This document shows positions 56,272 through 64,000 of a stretch of DNA of 64,000 nt, one piece after another. Where the stretch lies: contig RDEW01000021.1 in NCBI GenBank assembly GCA_011109175.1, positions 714,589-778,588 on the forward strand, written 5' to 3'. The notes under the pieces are model-generated. The model saw only the letters and a list, made by a program, of their open reading frames with translations. It had not been told where the DNA came from and made no database searches. The translations under genes were made by a program, and so were the position numbers. Each line of letters opens with the position of its first letter. Position 1 is the first letter of the stretch. Source of the DNA: Dicyema japonicum. Its lineage: Eukaryota; Animalia; Dicyemida.

Positions 56272-59200
56272 GGATAATTTGGTGGATGCTAAATCCCATA
56301 AGGTCCCGATTTTCGTATTTTACTGTCAATTGGATCTTTTTATATCTGAATTTCCTTCAGGGTTTTAGTTATAGTCACGTGTAGGAAATTTGTTAGGAAA
56401 GACTCTATTTCTGACGATGAAGTCAACTATTCGATAACCAAAAACGGAATTTTTATGTACGAAATGGTAACCGAGGACTATAGTGTAAGTTCCTCCAAAA
56501 TTATGTACTCTCTGAAACATTTCATCCAAAAAATAGTCGATGAATACATCAAAGTGTAAATTAAAGATATTTTCTTGGTCACATGTACAGGACTGTATTT
56601 ACCCTTCTCTAAGTACATTGTGGTCAGCAACCCCGATTTTACTTTTGTCATGCAGGAGTGCTACCACTGTAAGTTTGGAATCAATCTGAGGCAGTTTTTG
56701 CTAACCACGTGTCAAGAGTTTTCGAGAAAACTTTTTTCGTACAGTTATCTAGTGCTGTATGTATTTTTCAAATATTTACTCGACGAGGATGTCTTCAAAT
56801 CCAATAAGAAGTTGAGGATGTCAGTTATTTCAGATCAATAAAAGCAAATATCAACTTCCACATTAAATGTTCAGAGTTTACTTCCACATGTCCGCCCAAT
56901 CCAGCTCTCGCTTATATTCCGAACAGTTTTAACGCGATAATTAGAAAATATTTCAAAAAGGTCAAGTCCTCTGAATCGGAAGAGATCTACTATTTTATAA
57001 GAAATCATGCTAATAGCCAGTCTAGCGAGTCGAAGGAACCGAATGCGTTTCCACTGTTCATGAAACTCAAATACTTTTTTGTTGTCTCCCAGAAGACAGA
57101 ATTAAGACAATTTGACGGACTCTTAACCTGCTTATGTATGCTTCTTGGTTACTTAAGATCCCTTTGTTAACTCCTTTTTTTCCGGCGAGGAATATTTATT
57201 GTTGGACGAGTTTAACATTAGTCTTCAAATTCACCTTTACAGCAGCGAGGAAAAAAGTGAAGGAACTCAAACCAAGTTGAATTTCAGTCAAATTTTAGTG
57301 AAACTCAATTTTCTCATCTTTATAGGGGATTTCCGAAGGATATTTGTAACAAACTAATGTATCTTGAGAAAGAGGTTGTCTTAAAAATAAAAGGCAGATC
57401 AACTGGCTGCTGACAGACGCGACAATCTGCAACCTAATGTCCCTTTCCGTCATAAACCGGCCAATTCTGAGCTACATATCGTACTACATCAACTCACGAA
57501 GTCGAAGGACGAACTGTCAGTTCAGGAATATTCCTTTAAACATCATATGTGAGCATGATTATGGAATTGAGCTGTTACGGGAGGTTATCTTCTTCTAGTT
57601 ACCCCAAAGAAACTGAAACGACTAAGGATAAACCAGACCTTCAGATGTACTCAAATTGAGATGTGTCCTGGAGGGGATCAGTTGTTTTTATATTTATTTA
57701 GCATCTTTTGTGAATCTCTGAACGAATTCCATTATTTCTATCTCCGCCAGTCTCCAAGGTCACTAAATATGTACTAGTTTAGACATAAGAGTCGGTCCTG
57801 GAGTTCTCCTGAAAGTCAAATTAAGCCAAAAAAGTGGAAGAGTCGTCAATCTCTTGCAGGTTTCTCGTGTCTCGTCATTTCTCAGACTGTTTATACGATA
57901 ATATAAGGTCCTGCGTCTTCTTTTCGTTATATGGAGAGAATATTATCGTATATTTCTATTTTAAGTACGTAAATGCTCATTCCCAGTGAATATGGCGACG
58001 GGACTCCTAATCAGTTATCCTGTCAACTTAAGATCTACACAAAGCTGATTGAAGTCATAAATGCCGCCATTTTTGAGACGAATCAAGTTTTGTGAGTTTT
58101 AATAGCAGTATTGCTTACTTAAAAGTCTGGCAAGAATACGGTTGTGCAACGATCTCTTGTATTTGACTCAATCCAGGGACACTAAGGTATCTCTCAGAAT
58201 GAATTAAAGCCGGGATACGAGGAACTCAAGAACATCGCTCCTTATCAATGCAAACAATTATTTTCCATGAAATTTCGATTTCCTCTGTGTTTCCACGAAG
58301 TGGAGATCTCGGATTTCTTCAGCCTTTTTTCTGTGTATAATAAACCTCATTTGTTCTTTATCGAGGAACTTTCAAATGTCATCTACTTTGCTTATTACTT
58401 TGAAAAAATCCGAGTGGGAGCTGACCTGTCAGATGTTGACTCCAAAGGCCCTGGGAACGTAACTACCGTAAAGAACACTCACTACGAGCAGATTGTGGAA
58501 ATCACCGAGAAATATTTAATAGTAAACTTCTACGGAATGAAATTACCGGGTTTTAACGTTGATTTTGAGTTTAGGACTAAAATTTAGGAAGGATCTTGCC
58601 AACCACGTGAATGAAAGAATTTATATTCAATTTTCTAAATATCTCAACAAGGAATTTCATACTAATTCATACTCTTCCATCTTTAAGGATCACTTATATG
58701 TAATTATGCATTCTTCAACCCCCAGTTTCTTCGAAAATTTGAATCTCCTCCTAAAATCAGCTTCAAAATTAGCATCCCCCACATCCTGTCAAATCTGTAT
58801 TCATATATCCTCAATTACTTCTTCAAAATCTACCTCAAAAAGGGGTTCAACGTGGTGAAGGTGAGATTTTCCGTTGATTTCTTAGAGTCAGTCAAATTGC
58901 CTCACATCCTCACCCCCTAACAACCTCGACTACTTTTACACCTATTTGGAAAATTACGTGCATTTCAGAGGTATTTCTATTTTGGGCAAACTAAGGGATC
59001 TCCATTTTCAATGTAAGCTGGATCAGGATACCTGCAGATCCCCCGAGTAAATACTCTGAGGATTTCATCGATGATATACAAAATCTTAAGCAAATGACTG
59101 AATTGAAGTTTAGTGACGTATTTGTGGAAGATTGCAATGATAAGGGTAATCTCCTTGGTTATTTTAGACAAAATCCTCGAAAAATTGTCCTCTACTTGTG

Positions 59201-62200
59201 AAAACGCTGGTTTGTCGTTTTTTTACTTTAGGACTTTATGTGAATATCAGTATTTGGGAGTTTGAGAGTGGAAATCCCATCAAAACTACGGAGAAAATAA
59301 ACTTTTCGTTTCGACGGTCCATTGTTGAGTCAATTTTCGAGGTTATAATCCTCCCATCCTTGCAAATGAAAGGAAGTCATCGTTCCAGACTCTTTGACAA
59401 GATAAAGCAACCTTCATTTGGTTATCCTCAACCTCATTGTAGATAGGAGTTCTCAGAATATAAAGTCCGCTCCTCGGCATTTTCAAGAGAGATTTCTGGT
59501 TGGGTAGGTTGTGACCCTTAGAATGTCCTTACCAACAAGAATGAGAAATCAATGAATAACATAATGATGGATTTGACAGGCTTGGACTCTGACCGTAGGA
59601 AACACAAAATGGATTACATCCTGTCCAGAAGAGTTCACGATGTGGTCGATTGGCTCAAATTTTCTTTAGAAATCAGTATGTGCTAAGAATAACCCCCAGA
59701 TATGCCGAGGGTATCATCTTTGTCTGTTGTGGTCTCAAATTCTCTATTTTCTTTCGAAATGTTCAAGGAATGCGTCACTGTCATTGACAACCTCAACTCT
59801 TCGTTTGAGATGACGTGCTATCATAACTATGCCCAGGATTACGTTGAAATAGACAACTTGGTTGGTTTTGTGCTTATTCAGAACGGCTATCGTACCTTTG
59901 ACATATTTTCCAACTACCTTGCTCTCTTCAGGATTTCAGAAGGATCCCCAACATTCGAGACGATGCCGGACTTTAGTTTCCGCGGGTCTCGTCCCCTTTC
60001 TGATGAATACATACACTTCCGTTTCCGTGATAACAGAGAAATATTGAGCCTTTACAAAATTATCGTCCACTCCTCGTACGAAGAGGTTTCCTGGTTACCC
60101 CACCCTAGATAAACTTGCACATTTTCACGATTTTTCCCTCCAACAAAGAAAACATAAAGCAATCCATCCAAGAGATCAACCAGAGATTTAAGATGAAAAC
60201 TCAGTTCCTCGACATTATAACTAAACTGAAGCTTGGAATGCATCTGAGTCTTGATGAGGTCTCCCCATTTTTTATTCAAGCTCTCATTCTGCCAGATTTT
60301 CCCTCTACAAGTAGAAGTCCCTTTAGATCCAGCCATGTACTACAACATCAACACATTCTGCTACATTTCCGAGTATTTCGACAGCCTCGACACTTTTGAT
60401 AGCATTTGCAGTCTCAACGCTAAAAACCACAAACTATACGACCAAAGTACCCATACACGTGTTATTGAAGTCTCTAAATCTCCCGTTTGTGCTGATAAAG
60501 TGCACCATTGCATAAGCAAACAGGAGGATAACGATGTTTGCAAAATCGACCAGAACTCCTTTAAAGTCATCATGTCTTCATCGCACATCTTCTCCCACAA
60601 ATGTGTCCCAATGATCTACGCCTATAACCCTAGCAGTTCTCACACGTCCCTGGATTCCCAGTCAATCCCAAAAATCGTTGTCTGTTTGTTACCATGTAGG
60701 TAAACCGTAAAAACATTTGGGTGACCAGAAAAAGCGACTCCAAGATCGTGAGCTCAGACCAAAACTCTTACTCCCACTCTCCCACACTAAAATGTCTCAT
60801 CAGTCAACTCAAACTGGACATTTCGAAGTATCTGCTTCAGTTTGGACTGAAAAAGATCCATATTATTGAGTAAGGCCACATCTTCTACTAATTCCTTAGT
60901 ACGGAGTCACCGGAAAGTAGTCGAAATGTCTGTGATGAGGCAAATAACATCTTTTTTGTGTACAAATTGGACGTGTCTTGCCTCATCATGTTCGAATACA
61001 CCATCGATAACAACTGCCTCATTTGTTGTGTTTATCTCTCAGTTTCTTACAATTCCAAGTCCTTTGCCGATTACTATGGTACCCCCACTTAATAAATGTC
61101 AGATCAATGCTGTGATTTGGTGGACAAAATAGATATACCCAGATTTGTAGTGGAATTCTCTCACAGGACTATAAAACGGTCGATTTGTCGCAAAAGCATC
61201 GATTTGCCCCAAAATCCTGGGATCTTTTGTGAATTGTGTTCTATCAATCCGTATTACCTTATATGTGAGCTGAGCAACCTATTTGGGAAGAGGAGACCAG
61301 AAAAGATGGGGTTTCACTACAGTGAGGTGATCATTTTAATGCTAGACGAGTTCACTGTGGCTGGTATTCCAATTACATTCGAGTTGCTTAAATCGAAGCT
61401 TCTGAAGAAGTCCTCAAAGTTAGGATTTTGGACCATCTATGCAGACGACATTGAAGATCTCTTTGTCCACGGTCCCTTCATCGTTAACGGATACACCGAG
61501 TGCTTCTGTATTTTCAGACTGGGGAATGGTGAACAGTCGCAGTTCAAGTTTGAATCGTACATCATATCAATCGATACACGTGCTTATCCCCAAACAAACT
61601 TTAATTATTGCTTTTCATATGATTACACCTTCGAGGATATCAGTATGGACTCCTTTAACATGGTCCGATCCTTCAAAGACTATGTTCCACAGACGGAATT
61701 GATAAGTTTCTTCAAGAATGTCGTGTATTAATTTTGTGGTATTGTAGGAGTTCATATTGTAAGACGATCCAGAATTATGCGCTTCTCTGGTATCAGAAAA
61801 CCACGTGGAGGAGGTTTTTCTACAACCCCGATGTGAACCAACTTTGTGATAGTGTAGGTTTGGGAAGTCATTGTAGACGCCCATTAAGCTGGAATATGAG
61901 GCATTTGTTGTATTCACATCCACACTAAGAAGACTGGAGATGAGTGATTTTCACGTGCATATATTAAAGATGAGTTTTAGGGTCGTGCACGTGGAGAGAC
62001 TTTTCAAGTCCCTTATTCGAAAATTTGGAAGAAATAACTGTCTTGCGTTTCCTTTCAGTATTTCTCAGAATTACAAAGTTGATGAACTTTATATTAATAG
62101 ATTATCTTGAATCCAGACAATCCTAAGGAAATGGCGGTGGTAATTAGCTTTGAGGACTCTTTGGACTCCAACGTGGTTGTAATTTTTTTTATATTTCAAA

Positions 62201-62316
62201 GTATTTATGTTTTGGCTTATTCCCTCAAAGGTGATATTGTCGTAAGTAACCAAGATTTTGTCATAAATTTTTGTCAGCACTGTGCATTTGCCTTGTGGAT
62301 TAATATGACTTATTAA
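56272..62316 (+). CDS. Large intron-rich uncharacterised gene with its 5' end lost in the N gap; weak resemblance to VPS13-type proteins
   Basis: Continuous series of plus-strand ORFs of 60-210 aa that join through ~23-30 nt GT-AG introns (e.g. gttttagttatagtcacgtgtag, gttgatgaactttatattaatag). Probable stop at 62314-62316. Confidence 0.6.
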
Positions 62317-62639
62317 AATTATTATTTGTAAATTATTTATTTTAATTATAATCCCAACTAGAAAGATGTCAAAGCCGACTAATTAGGTGATCGTAGCTTT
62401 TGGTTTTCGTGTGGGTACGAAGAACATGACGAGTTTTGATGTGGAAGATATTTTTGGTTGTAATGAAGCTTGCATTAAAAAGAATCAAAATAAATCATTT
62501 AGCACTAATTATGAAAATTGTTTTGGTAAAGATTTTGTAAAGATATCAGTCTTTGTGTGCAGTAGTATTAAAAGTGGTGTTGAAACCGTAGTTTATTGGA
62601 AAGTTTAAATAACCGAGATGTCTTAAAAATATAAGAACT

Positions 62640-62860
62640 GAGAATTATGGGGTTAAATTAAATAAATTAAATACATCCAAGAATGTATGACTGGTGACAT
62701 CTTAAATTGGTTACGAAAATTTGATGATGAAATGTTCTTACAGAATCGATAAATTTTAATTCTTTTTGATAATGCTCAATGTCACATTTCCTAAAGCAAT
62801 TAGAGATAATTATGATTTCGATTGAACGTCTATAAGAAATTACGAAAAATAAAATATTTT
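62640..62860 (+). mobile_element. pogo DDE fragment
   Basis: MTGDILNWLRKFDDEM...FDNAQCH resembles the WMT...W...FD...LDNA..H motif. Confidence 0.55.
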
Positions 62861-63334
62861 GGGAAAATTAGCGATTACATTTTTAATTAATAAATAAAAT
62901 AGCTTTTTTTATTTTTAACATGCTATTTAATTAAAAAATTAAAAATAGTATTAAAAAAATGAATAAATTATTTTACTCTCTGTATTTTGGGAGCTTTTCT
63001 ATTGGAGGAGGACTTGAAATGTAAACCTTAAAAGTGTTGCAATGTCTACAATCCATTCGTCCAAAAAAACAAAGGTAATTCTCTCGATTGTCAGGTTAGT
63101 AATAAGCTTTGGCGGTATATGATCGCTTTTTATAATTGAAGGGGAGACAAAGAAAATAATCCTACCTAAAGTCACTGAAAAAAATTCAAGAAAGGTTGCG
63201 CTGAATTAAAAATTTGAAAAAGGCTTGATTTCAGAAATTAATATAAAAATATATTATATTTTAAATATTATAAAAATTAAAATTTTTATGTGGCGAGCAT
63301 AAAAATAATAAATTTTTGTGACAGTTGTTTCGTG

Positions 63335-64000
63335 ATGCTTTCTATTCTGCCTATTTTGTTTTTCACGTCTTATGGAATTTTTGAAGGACCCAAGGTTCGT
63401 GCAAAAAATACAATTTCAGAAAATTAAGAGACAGAAATTAAGCATGACTTTATTTATTGAAGCAAATTGCCCGTTCACGAAAAACTTCATTTTAAATCAG
63501 CTTCGTTACACGTGGGCAGAAATTTCAGATCGTGTAAACCTGGATATAGTTCCATTCGGGAATGCCAAAGTTCTGCAAATAAAACCTTTAGATAACCTTT
63601 GAAGGCAACCAGTACAAGTTCACTTGTCAGCACGGAAAGCACGAATGTAATAGGAATAGACTACTGGTTGCATGTCCGTTAATGTTAGGCCTGTGGTCTC
63701 CAACAAATGAAAGACCAACACGAGACCGTGGATTTTACTGTCTGTGCGATGCTTGATATTACCATGCATCCCATTCAAACGTTGAAGAGGGTTTGATATT
63801 ATTTGGAGGTTTAGTGTGTCCACCATAAAAGGCAAAAAGCCGTTATGAGGTGTTACAATAGTTCTCTATCTTGGAGACATATGGAGAGGGCTCAGTCGTT
63901 TCAATCCCTGTTCTTTGTCTCTCGTTTATATGTTCCCTACATTATGTTCAACCAAGTTAATTTTATGTCATTTGTAGATTCACTCGTCTAATATAAGTTC
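63335..64000 (+). CDS. IFI30: GILT (IFI30-like lysosomal thiol reductase), runs off the window end
   Basis: Signal peptide MLSILPILFF. LFIEANCPFTKNFILNQL...IVPFGNA. Signature CQHGKHECNRNRLL|AC (CQHGx2ECx2Nx4C) after removing the 22-nt intron 63667-63688. Other introns at 63395-63419 and 63570-63591. Confidence 0.9.

Noticed and set aside
51115-56368. Long ORFs 51115..51675, 51350..51796, 55292..56329, 55367..56368, 55408..56277
   Set aside because: They are open only because they run through N gaps.

Overview
AT-rich, repeat-laden animal nuclear DNA from a draft assembly with N gaps and single-N contig joins flanked by duplicated sequence. No prokaryotic features or CRISPR arrays were found. 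The ORF track is misleading because the genes are split by ultra-short spliceosomal introns of about 21-29 nt, which I resolved by hand. This suggests a highly reduced parasitic metazoan (a dicyemid or myxozoan, by inference only). Recognisable genes: an ELAV/Hu-like 3-RRM protein, a SAM-domain protein, PP1 catalytic subunit head-to-head with mitochondrial uL10m, a full-length ABCC1/MRP-like transporter (about 30 mini-introns in 5.1 kb, three apparently GC-AG), an orphan 7TM receptor, and GILT. Several orphan genes are also present, including a large multi-exon gene of more than 6 kb. The rest is mostly decayed mobile DNA: APE-type LINEs, RTE LINEs, a CRE-like RLE retroelement, and Ginger-like, hAT and pogo remnants. 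The most interesting candidate system is a retroelement family. One LINE 5' end reads as a candidate HDV-like nested pseudoknot, then a 2A 'StopGo' peptide (GDVEENPGP), then an APE endonuclease. At least five to seven short non-autonomous copies of about 320 bp share its 5' start and a similar 3' tail, and they carry a second internal HDV-topology fold with compensatory base changes between copies. Ribozyme activity is unproven and some catalytic-loop positions are non-canonical.
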